This document shows positions 1-11,279 of a DNA stretch of 64,000 nt, in pieces. The DNA is from Albidovulum sp. (GTDB lineage Bacteria > Pseudomonadota > Alphaproteobacteria > Rhodobacterales > Rhodobacteraceae). A program made the translations under genes and the position numbers. Each line of letters starts with the position of its first letter. Positions within the stretch are counted from its first letter, which is position 1. A model generated the notes under the pieces. That model did no database searches, was not told the origin of the DNA, and was given only the letters and a program-made list of their open reading frames with translations. The stretch is taken from contig JALSJQ010000019.1 in assembly GCA_026989275.1 (NCBI GenBank), positions 9,194 through 73,193 of the forward strand. Reading direction: 5' to 3'.

Positions 1-98
1 GGGTCCTCGAGCGAAACGGATGTGCGATGGCCGCGCAGGGTCAGCGACCTCTTGCGCGGCCGGCTGTAGGCGATCGTCTCCGGCGTCGGTTCGGACAT
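1..98 (-). CDS. ribbon-helix-helix (RHH_4-like) small protein, N-terminal part only (runs off left edge)
   Basis: Minus-strand ATG at 96-98. Translation is MSEPTPETIAYSRPRKRSLTLRGHRTSVSLED, which contains the KRS..GHxTSxSLE core I associate with alphaproteobacterial RHH proteins. Truncated, so absent from the ORF track. Confidence 0.5.
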   Translation of the reverse strand, partial: MSEPTPETIAYSRPRKRSLTLRGHRTSVSLED

Positions 99-329
99 TT
101 GGATCTCGACAATTCGTGTGAATGCATCTTCCTGGTCACGCCCCATGACCAATTGCGACAATCGCCTCGCGGGTCAAGGAAAAGCCGCAGCCGGCAGCGG
201 CCGAAAGGCGATTTTACCGCGAAATCGCTGCGCGGGTTGTGGTGCAGGTGGTGTTTCTATCGTCTTTTCAATGCCTTTCGATCATATGGTAATGTGCTCT
301 CGTGCCGGGAGCGGGGCGACCGTCTTGCG

Positions 330-367
330 AAAAATGCCGGGCCGCCCGCCGCGAGGCAAGCGGCCCG
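330..367 (-). terminator. intrinsic terminator downstream of fumC
   Basis: 8-bp GC stem (338-345 pairs with 360-367). On the minus strand it is followed by a U-tract (plus-strand A-run 330-334). It lies about 70 nt after the fumC stop. Confidence 0.55.
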
Positions 368-436
368 TGCCGGCCGGCTCGATTTTACCCCAATCTGCGG
401 TTGCGGCACGACCGGCCCGGCGCGACGCCGGGCGGA

Positions 437-1837
<1,401 letters not shown>

Positions 1838-1940
1838 CGTCCCTCTCCTCATGCTCTCGTCCGGCCCCTGCATAGCGCCGTGAGCGGCGGGGTCAATCTG
1901 CCGCAGTCCGGGGCGGAGCCGGGGCAGGGGAGAAGGGCGG

Positions 1941-1979
1941 TTTCGTGATCACGAATGCGGAAACATGTGATCACGAAAC
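1941..1979. promoter_or_regulatory. tandem palindromic operator-like sites (GTGATCACGAA x2) upstream of fumC
   Basis: TTTCGTGATCACGAA (core 1945-1952) and CATGTGATCACGAAAC (core 1967-1974). This is an 11-nt perfect direct repeat with centres 22 bp apart, about 110-140 bp upstream of the fumC ATG. Confidence 0.45.
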
Positions 1980-2100
1980 GGCGGCGCTACCGGCAGGGCC
2001 GCAGGCGGCACGACCGCGATTGCGAGGAAGGGCGATGGCGAAACGTCGGCGCCCGCCCGGAGGCGCCGGCGCCCGTGCCGATCGGGTCCGGCCGGCGTGC

Positions 2101-2595
2101 CTACTGCTTGCGGAACTTGTCGAGGCTGACGATCTCGGCATCGGCCGGCGCCGCCTTCTCCGCTTCGTCCTCCCCGGTCGGTGCCGCGGCCGGCTCTTCC
2201 GCCGCATCCTCCGGGGCCGCATCGGCGCTGGCAAGATTGTCGGCGCTGTCGAATCTGAGCCCGAACTCGACCGACGGATCGACGAAGGTGACGATCGCCT
2301 CGTAGGGAATGTAGAGGTTCTCGGGCCGGTCGCCGAAGTTGAGGGTGACCGAAAAGCCCCTCTCGTCGGGGGCGAGATCGGCGAACCAGTGCTGGAGCAC
2401 GATGGTCATGTCCTCGGGGTAGAGCTCGCGCAGCCAGTCCGACATCCGCACATCGGGGTGGCGGGTGTCGAAGCCGATGTAGAAGTGATGCGCGCCCGGC
2501 AGCCCCTCCTCGGCCACGCGTTCGATGACCTCGGCCACGAGCCGGCGCATCGCCCGCTGCATGAGGTTGCCATAGTCGATCCGTGCGCTCGTCAT
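2101..2595 (-). CDS. sspB: ClpXP adaptor SspB (stringent starvation protein B family)
   Basis: Only the last 164 codons of track ORF 2101..3942 look real. MTSARIDYGNLMQRAMRRLV..GLPGAHHFYIGFDTRHPDV..MTIVLQHWF..FVDPSVEFGLRF is followed by an acidic tail. ATG at 2593-2595. Confidence 0.8.
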   Translation of the reverse strand: MTSARIDYGNLMQRAMRRLVAEVIERVAEEGLPGAHHFYIGFDTRHPDVRMSDWLRELYPEDMTIVLQHWFADLAPDERGFSVTLNFGDRPENLYIPYEAIVTFVDPSVEFGLRFDSADNLASADAAPEDAAEEPAAAPTGEDEAEKAAPADAEIVSLDKFRKQ

Positions 2596-2904
2596 CGTCT
2601 CCCCCGATTCCCCGGCAAGATTAGGCGCAGAGCGGCGGCGAGGAAAGGCCGTTCTGTGCCGCGACTGCGATCGGCCGCGGCGCGCCGATCCTGCCGCGGA
2701 CGGCACCGGGCGCGTGACCGGGGTGAATCTTCCCTGCGGGGCGCGATTGTCTCCCGGCCTGCCGCGGTGTAAGAAAGCCGGCGAAGGGACCCGCATCGTC
2801 GCCTTCGGGGCGGGGCGGCCCATAGCGGGAGGGTCCGAAACGGCAGGGGCCGCGTGACGGCGGCGCCTTGCCCCGCGCAAGGCTGTATTCCAACGGAGGA
2901 TGGC

Positions 2905-4053
2905 ATGGATCCCGCATCGGCTCAGGCGCACCGTCCCTGGCGGCGGATCGAGCGGCGGCGTTCGCGCCGCATCCATGTCGGCACGGTGCCGATCGGCGAC
3001 GGAGCACCGATCGCCGTCCAGACCATGACCAACACCGACACGCGCGACGTGGCCGCCACCCTCGCCCAGATCGAGGCCGCGGCCGCGGCGGGGGCCGACC
3101 TCGTGCGTGTCTCCACGCCCGACGAAGCCTCGACCGGAGCGCTGGCCGAGATCGTGCGCGAAAGCCCGGTGCCGATCATCGCCGACATCCACTTCCACTA
3201 CCGCCGTGCGATCGAGGCCGCCGAGGCCGGTGCCGCCTGCCTCAGGATCAACCCCGGCAATATCGGCGCGCCCGAGCGCATCGCCGAGGTGATCCGTGCG
3301 GCCCGGGACCACGGCTGCGCCATCCGCATCGGCGTCAATGCCGGCTCGCTCGAGAAGCATCTGCTCGAGAAATACGGCGAGCCGTGCCCCGATGCGCTGG
3401 TCGAGAGCGCCCTCGAGCACATGCGGATCCTCGAGGAGCACGACTTTCGCGACTACAAGGTGTCGGTGAAGGCGTCCGACGTGTTTCTCGCCGCCGCCGC
3501 CTATCAGCAGCTTGCCGAGCTGACCGATGCGCCCCTGCATCTCGGCATCACCGAAGCCGGAGGGCTGACGACGGGCACGGTCAAGTCGGCCATCGGGCTT
3601 GGCAACCTGTTGTGGATGGGGATCGGCGACACGATCCGCGTCTCGCTCTCGGCAGACCCGGTGGAGGAGGTGCGGGTCGGCTACGAGATTCTCAAGGCTC
3701 TCGGGCTGCGCCATCGCGGGGTCAACATCATCTCCTGCCCCTCCTGCGCCCGGCAGGGATTCGACGTGATCGCGACCGTCGCCGAGCTCGAGAAACGCCT
3801 TGCCCATGTCCACACGCCGCTGACGCTCTCGATCATCGGCTGCGTGGTCAACGGGCCCGGCGAGGCGCTGCTGACCGATATCGGCTTTACCGGGGGCGGC
3901 AAGGATCACGGCATGATCTATCTCGACGGCCGCCAGGCCCACCGCCTCGCCAATGCCGACATGCTCGACGAGATCGTCCGCCTCGTCGAAGAGAAGGCCG
4001 CCGCCATCGAGGCGGCGCGCACGGCGCAGGGGGTCGCGGATGATGCCGCCTGA
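2905..4053 (+). CDS. ispG: 4-hydroxy-3-methylbut-2-en-1-yl diphosphate synthase
   Basis: [34 protein letters not shown] and GCVVNGPGE motifs. Start set at the ATG at 2905, preceded by GGAGGA; the track start at 2854 is also possible. Confidence 0.93.
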   Translation: MDPASAQAHRPWRRIERRRSRRIHVGTVPIGDGAPIAVQTMTNTDTRDVAATLAQIEAAAAAGADLVRVSTPDEASTGALAEIVRESPVPIIADIHFHYRRAIEAAEAGAACLRINPGNIGAPERIAEVIRAARDHGCAIRIGVNAGSLEKHLLEKYGEPCPDALVESALEHMRILEEHDFRDYKVSVKASDVFLAAAAYQQLAELTDAPLHLGITEAGGLTTGTVKSAIGLGNLLWMGIGDTIRVSLSADPVEEVRVGYEILKALGLRHRGVNIISCPSCARQGFDVIATVAELEKRLAHVHTPLTLSIIGCVVNGPGEALLTDIGFTGGGKDHGMIYLDGRQAHRLANADMLDEIVRLVEEKAAAIEAARTAQGVADDAA

Positions 4054-4109
4054 CGGCGCCGCGGGGCGGCTCCCTTGACCCGCCGCGCCGCTTCGGGCAC
4101 TCCGCTCCC

Positions 4110-5186
4110 ATGCTGCCCGAGGATCGCATCGACGAAATCTGCCGGCGCTTCGCCTACATCGAGGCGCGCATGGCCGAGGGGCCGGGGGGGGACGAGTTCG
4201 CCCGCCTTGCCCGCGAACATGCGCAGCTCAGGCCGGTGGTCGAGGCGATCGCGGCCTGGCGCCGTCTCCTGCGGGAGCGGGCGGAGGCCGAGGCCATGCA
4301 GGCCGATCCGGAGATGCGCGAGCTCGCCGAGGAGGAGCTCGCGCGAATCGCCGCCGCGCTTCCCGGGGCAGAGCGGCGGGTGCGCTTGGCGCTTCTGCCG
4401 CGCGACGAGGCCGACGAGCGCGCCGCCGTGCTCGAGATCCGCGCGGGCACCGGCGGCGAGGAGGCGGCGCTCTTTGCCGCCGATCTGCTGCGGATGTATC
4501 AGCGCTACGCCGAGAGGCGGGGCTGGCGCTTCGAGATCGTCTCGCTGTCCGAAAGCGAGCTCGGGGGGGTGCGCGAGGTGGTGGTGCGGGTGACGGGGCA
4601 GGGGGTCTTCGCCCGTCTCAAGTTCGAGAGCGGCGTCCATCGGGTGCAGCGGGTGCCGGTTACCGAATCGGGCGGGCGGATCCATACCTCGGCCGCCACC
4701 GTCGCCGTGCTGCCCGAGGCGGAGGATCTCGATGTGACGATCGACCCGTCGGAAATCCGCATCGACACCATGCGCGCCTCCGGTGCCGGCGGGCAGCACG
4801 TCAACACCACCGATTCGGCGGTCCGCATCACCCATCTGCCGACGGGGATCACCGTCACCTCCTCGGAAAAGTCCCAGCATCGCAACCGCGACATCGCCAT
4901 GCGGATCCTGCGGGCGCGGCTCTACGATCTGAAGCGCCGCGAGGCCGAGAGCGCCCGGGCCGACGCCCGCCGTGCCCAGGTCGGCAGCGGGGACCGTTCG
5001 GAACGGATCCGCACCTACAATTTCCCTCAGGGGCGGGTGACCGATCACCGCATCGGTCTCACCCTCTACCGCCTGCCCGAGATCCTCGAGGGGGATCTCG
5101 ACGAGATCATCGACGCGCTCCTGGCCGAGGACGAGGCCCGCAAGCTCGCCGCGCTCGAGGGCGAGGCCGTGACGAAGGCGCCATGA
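4110..5186 (+). CDS. prfA: peptide chain release factor 1
   Basis: GGQ motif ([22 protein letters not shown]) and an RF1-type PxT tripeptide (RVPVTES). Confidence 0.96.
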   Translation: MLPEDRIDEICRRFAYIEARMAEGPGGDEFARLAREHAQLRPVVEAIAAWRRLLRERAEAEAMQADPEMRELAEEELARIAAALPGAERRVRLALLPRDEADERAAVLEIRAGTGGEEAALFAADLLRMYQRYAERRGWRFEIVSLSESELGGVREVVVRVTGQGVFARLKFESGVHRVQRVPVTESGGRIHTSAATVAVLPEAEDLDVTIDPSEIRIDTMRASGAGGQHVNTTDSAVRITHLPTGITVTSSEKSQHRNRDIAMRILRARLYDLKRREAESARADARRAQVGSGDRSERIRTYNFPQGRVTDHRIGLTLYRLPEILEGDLDEIIDALLAEDEARKLAALEGEAVTKAP

Positions 5187-6094
5187 CGGGGGCGGGTGCG
5201 GAAGAGGGCGCCCCGGGCGGCGACGGCCCGCCGGCCCGGCTGCTTCTTGCCGGGGCTGCGGCGCAAATGGCCGCCGCCGGCATCGAGGCGCCGGCCCGCG
5301 ATGCGCGCCGCCTCCTGGCCCATGCGCTCGGCATCCCGGCCGATCGGCTGACGCTGGTGCTGGGCGAGGCGGTGCCGCCCCCTGTCGCCGCCCGCTTTCG
5401 TGCTCTCGTGGAGGAACGCTGCCGCCGGCGGCCGCTCTCGCATCTCGTCGGGGCCCGCGAGTTCTTCGGTCGCGTCTTCACCGTCTCCCCGGTGGTGCTC
5501 GACCCGCGCCCCGAGACCGAATGCCTGATCGAGGCGGCACTCGCCGCGCCCTTCACGCGACTGATCGACCTCGGCACCGGCTCGGGCGCGATCGCCGTCA
5601 CCCTGCTGGCGGAACGGCCGGCGGCGACGGGGGTGGCGGTCGATCTCTCGCCCGAGGCCCTGGCCGTGGCGGCGGAGAATGCCCGCCGTCACGGCGTGGC
5701 CGGTCGGCTCGATCTTCTCCGCTCCGACTGGTGGGCGGCGGTGCAGGGGCAATTCGATCTGGTGGTGGCCAACCCGCCCTATGTCGCCACGGACGAGATG
5801 GCGGCGCTTGCCCCCGAGGTGCGGCTCCACGAACCGCGTCTTGCGCTCGATGGCGGGGTGGACGGTCTCGTCGCCTATCGCACGATTCTTGCCGGGATCG
5901 GGCCGCATCTGGCGCCGGGGGGGCGGGTTCTGGTCGAGATCGGCCCCGAACAGGGCGCGGCGGTGGCGGCGCTGTTCCGGGCGGCGGGGCTCGTCGATGT
6001 CGTCGTCCTGCCCGATCTCGACGGGCGTGACCGGGTGGTGCAGGGCATGCGGCCGTGCGCCGCCGGAAGCCACGGCCACGAACGGCATCCATGA
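5183..6094 (+). CDS. prmC: release-factor glutamine N5-methyltransferase
   Basis: ATGA overlap with prfA. SAM-binding motif [10 protein letters not shown] and NPPY motif (VVANPPYV). Confidence 0.92.
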   Translation: MTGAGAEEGAPGGDGPPARLLLAGAAAQMAAAGIEAPARDARRLLAHALGIPADRLTLVLGEAVPPPVAARFRALVEERCRRRPLSHLVGAREFFGRVFTVSPVVLDPRPETECLIEAALAAPFTRLIDLGTGSGAIAVTLLAERPAATGVAVDLSPEALAVAAENARRHGVAGRLDLLRSDWWAAVQGQFDLVVANPPYVATDEMAALAPEVRLHEPRLALDGGVDGLVAYRTILAGIGPHLAPGGRVLVEIGPEQGAAVAALFRAAGLVDVVVLPDLDGRDRVVQGMRPCAAGSHGHERHP

Positions 6095-6584
6095 GCAGGC
6101 GCCTTGCCCTGCAGCATGATGCGGTAGGGCCTTCCAAGGCGAAGGAGATTTCCGCGGATGATGCGAAAAGGTCACGAAAGACGGGTTTTCGGTCGAAAAC
6201 CACGGGAATGTTAACGTGATCGTCATCTTTTTGCGCTTTCTCCCTTGAGGAAGGCGGCAAAGGGCTGGTAATAGGGGGCGGACGGACGGCGCGCCCGGAT
6301 CGCGAGATCGGGCGGCCCGCAGATTGCAGAATCGGCGGGCCAGGGCGCGGAGGCGTCGAGGTTTCTGACTTCCTCGAAGGATGCCGCATGGCATCGCGTG
6401 CCCTGCCGGAGCAGGACACGAGGATGAGCGAACGGCCAGCCGGAGCCCCGGCTGGGATGGGCGCAAGGATCTCCCGGGGCGCAGAGCCGGGGGGGAGAAC
6501 CGGCAGGTGTCGGGCTTGGCCCGAACCGAGGTGCAATGCGGGCAGCGCCCGGAGTCACCCGGATCAGCAGGAAAACGGATTGAA

Positions 6585-7394
6585 ATGAGATCACCGAACA
6601 AATCGCGTGGACGCGGTCGCAACCAGGGCCGGCGCTCGCTCGGCAATGTGGCCAACAGGGTCTTCGAAAGCTCGGGGCCGGCCGGCAAGGTGCGGGGAAC
6701 GCCGCAGCAGATCATCGAGAAGTATCAGGCCCTCGCCCGGGACGCTTCCCTGTCGGGGGACCGGATCGCCGCCGAGAATTTCCTGCAGCATGCCGAACAT
6801 TACGTGCGGCTTCTGGCCGAAGCGCAGCGCGAGATGGAGGAGCGCCGCCGGGCCGAGGAGGCCGAGGCCGAGCGGCGCCGGCTCGAGCGTGAGGCCCGCG
6901 AGGCCCGCCGCCGCGCCGAGCGCGAGGCCCGCGAGGCCGCCCGGGCCGCCGAGCGTGCGGCTCAGGCCGCCCGCGAGGAAGAGGCGCAGGGCGGCGAGAG
7001 CGCGGCCGGGGTGCCGTCCGATCTGCCGGCCGTGGCGACCGGAAGCGCGGGCGGCGCCGAGGGCGAGACCGGCCGCCGCCGTGCGGGCCGGGGCCGGCGC
7101 CCGAACCGGCGAAAGGGTGGCACCGAGGCCGTGGCCGAGAGCGGACAGGAGGAGGCCGTCGCCCGGCCCGCCGCGGAAGGGGCGGGCGAGGCCGCCCCGG
7201 CGGAAGAGGGGAGCGGAGACGCGCCGCGCCGTAGCAGGCGGCGGAGCAAGGCGGCCGAGGCGGAGCCCGAGGGGGCCGCGGTGGTCGAGCTCGTGGAGGA
7301 GGACGGACCGATCCTTGTCGAGACTCCCGAAAGCCGCAAGGAAGCCGCTTCCCTTGCGGAAGACGATCTGCCACCGGCAAGCGCGGCCGGCTGA
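6585..7394 (+). CDS. DUF4167 domain-containing protein
   Basis: MRSPNKSRGRGRNQGRR..GKVRGTPQQIIEKYQALARDASLSGDRIAAENFLQHAEHYVR is the conserved DUF4167 core, followed by an R/E/A-rich low-complexity tail. Start at the internal ATG at 6585 of track ORF 6381..7394. Confidence 0.85.
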   Translation: MRSPNKSRGRGRNQGRRSLGNVANRVFESSGPAGKVRGTPQQIIEKYQALARDASLSGDRIAAENFLQHAEHYVRLLAEAQREMEERRRAEEAEAERRRLEREAREARRRAEREAREAARAAERAAQAAREEEAQGGESAAGVPSDLPAVATGSAGGAEGETGRRRAGRGRRPNRRKGGTEAVAESGQEEAVARPAAEGAGEAAPAEEGSGDAPRRSRRRSKAAEAEPEGAAVVELVEEDGPILVETPESRKEAASLAEDDLPPASAAG

Positions 7395-8074
7395 TCCGGC
7401 CCGCGGGCATCGGAGGTCGGGCGATCGGGAGCTGCTTTCACCGTCGATGGAACGGCAAGAGCGCATTTCCGCCATCGGCTTTCCGCCATCGGGAGGACAT
7501 GCGCCCTTGCGGCCGTTGCCTGCGGCGGCAGAGCCCGGCAATGCCGCGCCCGGCAGGCGGAAGCGCCGTCTGCACGGAAAACCGCCATCGACCGATCCTC
7601 GGGCCGGCCGAGCCATCGCGTCCGCACTCCCGCGGACAAGGCGAGAACCGCCGCCCCCTCCGCGCGCATGGTCCGGTGGGATGTCCTTCGGTCCGAGACG
7701 ATGCGCGAGACGATGCCACGCCCCTGCTTTCCCGTGCCGTCCCTTCGTCGGCTTGACCCGGAGCGTTCGGGGCGCCATCACGCCGAAGGCGTCTGGGAAG
7801 TCGGGAAAACGGGAGGAGAGCTGCATGGCGGGAAAGGAACAGGAGCGGCGGCCCTGGCCGCAGCCGGTTCTGCGCCTTGCGGGTGAGGGGGCGGTGCATG
7901 TCGCGTTCGAGAGCCTTTCTCCCGATGTCGCGCCCGATGCCCCGCTTCGGGGGGACTGCTCGCAGCACAATCGCAGCAAGGAACAATCATCCCGACAGGG
8001 GCCGCCCTGTGCGGCTCTCGGGCTGAGCGGCCCCGACCTCGCCGGTCTGCGGGAGCGTGTGCGGGAGAAGCGGA

Positions 8075-8362
8075 ATGACCATGACGCGAGAGAACGGCCC
8101 CGACGATCCGCGCGGCGTGATCGCCGCCGCCTATGCGATGGAACGGGTGAGCGCCGCCGAATGCCGAACGATCTTCCTCGACTGGCTTCTGGGGATCGAG
8201 CGGCCCGAAGAGGCGGCCCGCCGGCTTCTCGGCCGTTACGCCATCCTGTGGCCCGATCATCCGATGACGGTGCTGCTCGCGGCGGCGGCGCGTGGAGAAC
8301 CCCGCCCTCCCCGGCGCCGCGGCGGTGCGGCCGGGCGGCGCAAACCCGCGGGGCGTGGCTGA
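8075..8362 (+). CDS. small hypothetical protein
   Basis: Track ORF 8057..8362. Third-codon positions are strongly G/C, the composition is globular-looking (VIAAAYAMERVSAAECRTIFLDWLLGIERPEE), and a GGGAGAAG SD precedes the ATG at 8075. I recognise no family. Confidence 0.45.
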   Translation: MTMTRENGPDDPRGVIAAAYAMERVSAAECRTIFLDWLLGIERPEEAARRLLGRYAILWPDHPMTVLLAAAARGEPRPPRRRGGAAGRRKPAGRG

Positions 8363-8419
8363 GGGCGCCTCGCCCTGCGTTCTCCGGGGGCCGGTGCGCG
8401 GCTGTCGCGGTGCCGTTTC

Positions 8420-8476
8420 GTGATCACAACGTATTCCAACCAAGGAACGGCGTGATTCCGACCGCGGTGTGATCAC
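8420..8476. promoter_or_regulatory. orphan pair of GTGATCAC palindromes in a convergent intergenic region
   Basis: GTTTCGTGATCACAACG (core 8420-8427) and GGTGTGATCACGGGT (core 8469-8476). The related CGTGATTCC lies between them and local G+C is lower. Confidence 0.35.
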
Positions 8477-8538
8477 GGGTTTGCCGAGCGCGATCTTCCG
8501 CCTCTGCCATCCTTGCCGGCCTGCGTGGCGAGGGCTTC

Positions 8539-9741
8539 TCACGTCTCCTCCTTGTCGAGAACGGTCTCGACCCTGGCGCCCCGTGTGAGCGTGCGGTGAA
8601 CCGGGCAGCGATCGGCGATCTCGACGATCCGCGCCTGCTGCGCCGCGTCGAGCGGCCCTTCGAGACGGATCCGGCGACGAAACAGGTCGATCCGGTCCGA
8701 GGGGCGGCAATCGGCGCAGTCGGCGGCGTGGACCTTCTCGTGCGTGACATCCACCTCGACATGTTCGAGCGGCCAGCCCTTGCGGCGGACATACATGCGG
8801 ATGGTCATGCTCGTGCAGGCCCCGAGCGCGGCGGCCAGGAGCTGATAGGGCGAAGGGCCGAGATCGGCGCCGCCGACGGTTGCGGGTTCGTCGGCCAGAA
8901 GCGTGTGCCGGCCGGCGCGGATGTCCTGGAGGAAGCCTTCCGGGTCGGCTTCGGAGACGCGGACCACCCCTTCGGCCGGCTCCGCCGCGGCGGCGGCCGC
9001 GGGCAGGTAGCGTTCGGCCCAGGCGGCGATCACCCCGGCGGCATATTCCGCGTCCGCGGCCCGGTGCAGCAGGTGGCCCGCCCCTTCGAGGGAGACGAAA
9101 CTCTTGGGGTGGCGGGCAGCGAGGAAGATGCGGCTGGCATGGTCGATCGACACCACCTCGTCCATCGGATCGTGCATCACGAGCAACGCCTTGCCGGACC
9201 GCGAGAGGGCGGCGATGCGGGGGGCGGGGTCGTGGTCGGCGAAATCCGCGAAGAAGCGTGGCGAGACGGGGAAGCTGCGGCCGGCGATGGTCACCCGCCC
9301 ACCCGCTTCCTCCGCCCGGGCCAGGGCATGGGCCGGATCGAAAGGTGCCCCGATCGTGACCACCGCCCTTGCGGCCGGAATGTCCGCCGCGGCGGCGAGC
9401 ACGGCACTGCCGCCCAGCGAATGACCGACGAGAAGTTCGGGGCCCATGCCGTCTTCCCCGAGACGCTCCGCGGCGGCGAGGATGTCCTCGACCTCGCCGG
9501 CAAAGCCGCGCAGCGCACCCCCTCCGCTCTCGCCGAGGCCGGTGAAGTCGAAACGCATCACGGCGATTCCGGCCGCCACCAGCCGCCCGGCGATGCGCCG
9601 CGCCGCCGGCAGGTCCTTGCCGCAGGTGAAGCAGTGAGCGAGAAGGGCCGTGGCCCGCCGCGGCCCGAGCGGATGATGCAGCACGGCGGCGAGGCGTTGC
9701 CCGTCTCGTCCGGTGATGTCGATTCTGTGCACGCGTTCCAT
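8539..9741 (-). CDS. bifunctional alpha/beta hydrolase / OsmC-family protein
   Basis: The N-terminal half is hydrolase-like (GHSLGG nucleophile elbow). The C-terminal half is OsmC-like ([19 protein letters not shown]). Confidence 0.85.
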   Translation of the reverse strand: MERVHRIDITGRDGQRLAAVLHHPLGPRRATALLAHCFTCGKDLPAARRIAGRLVAAGIAVMRFDFTGLGESGGGALRGFAGEVEDILAAAERLGEDGMGPELLVGHSLGGSAVLAAAADIPAARAVVTIGAPFDPAHALARAEEAGGRVTIAGRSFPVSPRFFADFADHDPAPRIAALSRSGKALLVMHDPMDEVVSIDHASRIFLAARHPKSFVSLEGAGHLLHRAADAEYAAGVIAAWAERYLPAAAAAAEPAEGVVRVSEADPEGFLQDIRAGRHTLLADEPATVGGADLGPSPYQLLAAALGACTSMTIRMYVRRKGWPLEHVEVDVTHEKVHAADCADCRPSDRIDLFRRRIRLEGPLDAAQQARIVEIADRCPVHRTLTRGARVETVLDKEET

Positions 9742-9914
9742 GTGTCCTCCCTTGCGGTTTCCCGGCTCCGGGGCAGGATGCGCCCTTGCCGGGGCGGGAT
9801 CAATCGCCGATGCTCCCGCTCGGCCCGAGGTGAAGGGGCGTGAAGCGGTGTGAGCCGGGAGGGGGCAGCCGGGCCGATAAACCCGTGCTGCCGGAGTTCG
9901 CGAAGGAGGAGCCC

Positions 9915-10262
9915 ATGCTGATCGAGATATTCGAGTTCACGCCGCGGCAGGGGCGGGAGGACGACTATTTCGCCCATGCCGAGGCGCTGCGCGCGGCGGT
10001 GGCCGACATCGAGGGCTTCCTGGGCGTCGAACGTTACGAGAGCGTGACAACGCCGGGGCGCTTCGTTTCCGTCTCCCGCTGGGCGGACGAAGATGCGATC
10101 CGCCGCTGGCGCAACCATCCGGCCCATCGGGCGGCGCAGCGGGCAGCACGCGAGGGGATCTTCGCCGACTATCGCATCACCGTGGCCGAGGTGGTGCGCG
10201 ACTACACGATGACGCGGCGCAACGAAACGCCGGCCGACAGCCGCACCGCGCTCGGCGGCTGA
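9915..10262 (+). CDS. antibiotic biosynthesis monooxygenase (ABM) domain protein
   Basis: MLIEIFEF..FLGVERYESVTTPGRFVSVSRWADEDAIRRWRNHPAH. An AAGGAGGA SD lies 5 nt upstream of the ATG at 9915. Confidence 0.8.
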   Translation: MLIEIFEFTPRQGREDDYFAHAEALRAAVADIEGFLGVERYESVTTPGRFVSVSRWADEDAIRRWRNHPAHRAAQRAAREGIFADYRITVAEVVRDYTMTRRNETPADSRTALGG

Positions 10263-10264
10263 GG

Positions 10265-11131
10265 GTGCGGGGAGGGGGCAGGATACGCGACCGCGGCCCG
10301 GTGCCCGCCCGTTTCCGCAGGATCTGCCAGGAGCGGTTGCCGGCCGTCCCGTGGCAGGATCCGGCACTGGCGCGTCTGCCCGGGCTGAAGCCGCTCGTGC
10401 CCGACGACTGGCCGTGGGAGGACGAGGTCTTCGCCCGGCAGATGGCCTTTCGCGACTGGTTGCGCCGCCATGAGGCGGGCAGGGTCTTCGCCGCGGGTGG
10501 GGCTCCGGCGCAGGCGGCAGCCGAGGAGCTGAAGGCTCTCGTGCTCGGCCGGCTGCAGGGACGGCCCGGCTGGTGCATCGCCGCCGATCGGGCCACGCGG
10601 CCCGACGGGGAGACGGTGCCGCTGAAGACGGATCACCCGCTGGCCGTGGCCGGTCGGCTGGTGCAGTCGGATCTCTGCCTGTTGTTGCCCGAGGGCGACG
10701 GCCTGGCGCTTGCGGCGGCCTTTCTCGCCTTTCCCGCGGCCTGGCGGCTCGACGAGAAGCTCGGCCGGCCGCTTGCGGCGATCCACGGGCCGGTGGCGGC
10801 CTATGACGCCGATCTGGCCCGTCGGGTCGACCGGATGTTCGGCCGCCTTCCACCGGGTCGCCCGGTCTGGCGCATGAACCGGCTCGCCTGGCCCGTTCCC
10901 TGCCTTTTCCACCCCGATCCGCTGCCGGGGGGCAAGGGGGGCGGGCCGTGGCTGCGGGCGGAGCGCCAGCTGCTGCTGCGGCTGCCGCGAACGGGGGCGC
11001 TGCTCTTCGCCATCCATACCACCGTCATGGAAGCCCGGCGGCTCGATGGGCGGGCGCGCCGCGGGATCCCGCCCGATCTCGCCGCCGCACTCGGGCTCGT
11101 CGATCCGCAGGAAGGGACGGGGCCGGCGTGA
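10265..11131 (+). CDS. DUF3445 family protein (heme-dependent oxidative N-demethylase-like)
   Basis: 288-aa ORF with a GTG start directly after the ABM gene. The overall pattern (LPGLKPL..DDW, LVQSDLCLL, AAFLAFPAAW) is recalled as DUF3445-like. Confidence 0.65.
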   Translation: MRGGGRIRDRGPVPARFRRICQERLPAVPWQDPALARLPGLKPLVPDDWPWEDEVFARQMAFRDWLRRHEAGRVFAAGGAPAQAAAEELKALVLGRLQGRPGWCIAADRATRPDGETVPLKTDHPLAVAGRLVQSDLCLLLPEGDGLALAAAFLAFPAAWRLDEKLGRPLAAIHGPVAAYDADLARRVDRMFGRLPPGRPVWRMNRLAWPVPCLFHPDPLPGGKGGGPWLRAERQLLLRLPRTGALLFAIHTTVMEARRLDGRARRGIPPDLAAALGLVDPQEGTGPA

Positions 11132-11236
11132 GCGCCGGCAAGGGGCGTGGCAGCGGTTCCGTTTCGCGGAAGGGGAAGGGGGCCGCGAGCTCGGCGCGCG
11201 TGGTTCGTGCTGCTGCGCTCCCCGGCCCGCGGAGCG

Positions 11237-11262
11237 AAAACGGGGCCCGAAGGCCCCGTTTT
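11237..11262. terminator. bidirectional intrinsic terminator between the DUF3445 gene and glnA
   Basis: AAAACGGGGCC-CGAA-GGCCCCGTTTT is a perfect stem with an A-tract on one side and a T-tract on the other, sitting between convergent genes. Confidence 0.8.
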
Positions 11263-11279
11263 CCATCCGTCGCCGCCTG

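Noticed and set aside
2596-3942. Upstream extension of the sspB ORF (track ORF 2101..3942, 613 aa).
   Set aside because: The extension is antisense to ispG and has junk composition. The SspB homology starts at the ATG at 2595.
6157-6213. 18-codon ORF MMRKGHERRVFGRKPREC with an AAGGAG SD.
   Set aside because: Third-codon positions are mostly A/T, unlike all confident genes here. SD spacing is 10 nt. It is too short to support as a CDS without expression data, so it is kept only as part of a regulatory-element finding.
6607-8472. 621-aa ORF spanning the DUF4167 gene and the following spacer.
   Set aside because: It is out of frame with the well-supported DUF4167 protein and is arginine/proline-rich throughout. 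Only the short segment from 7825 is noted separately, as a low-confidence observation.
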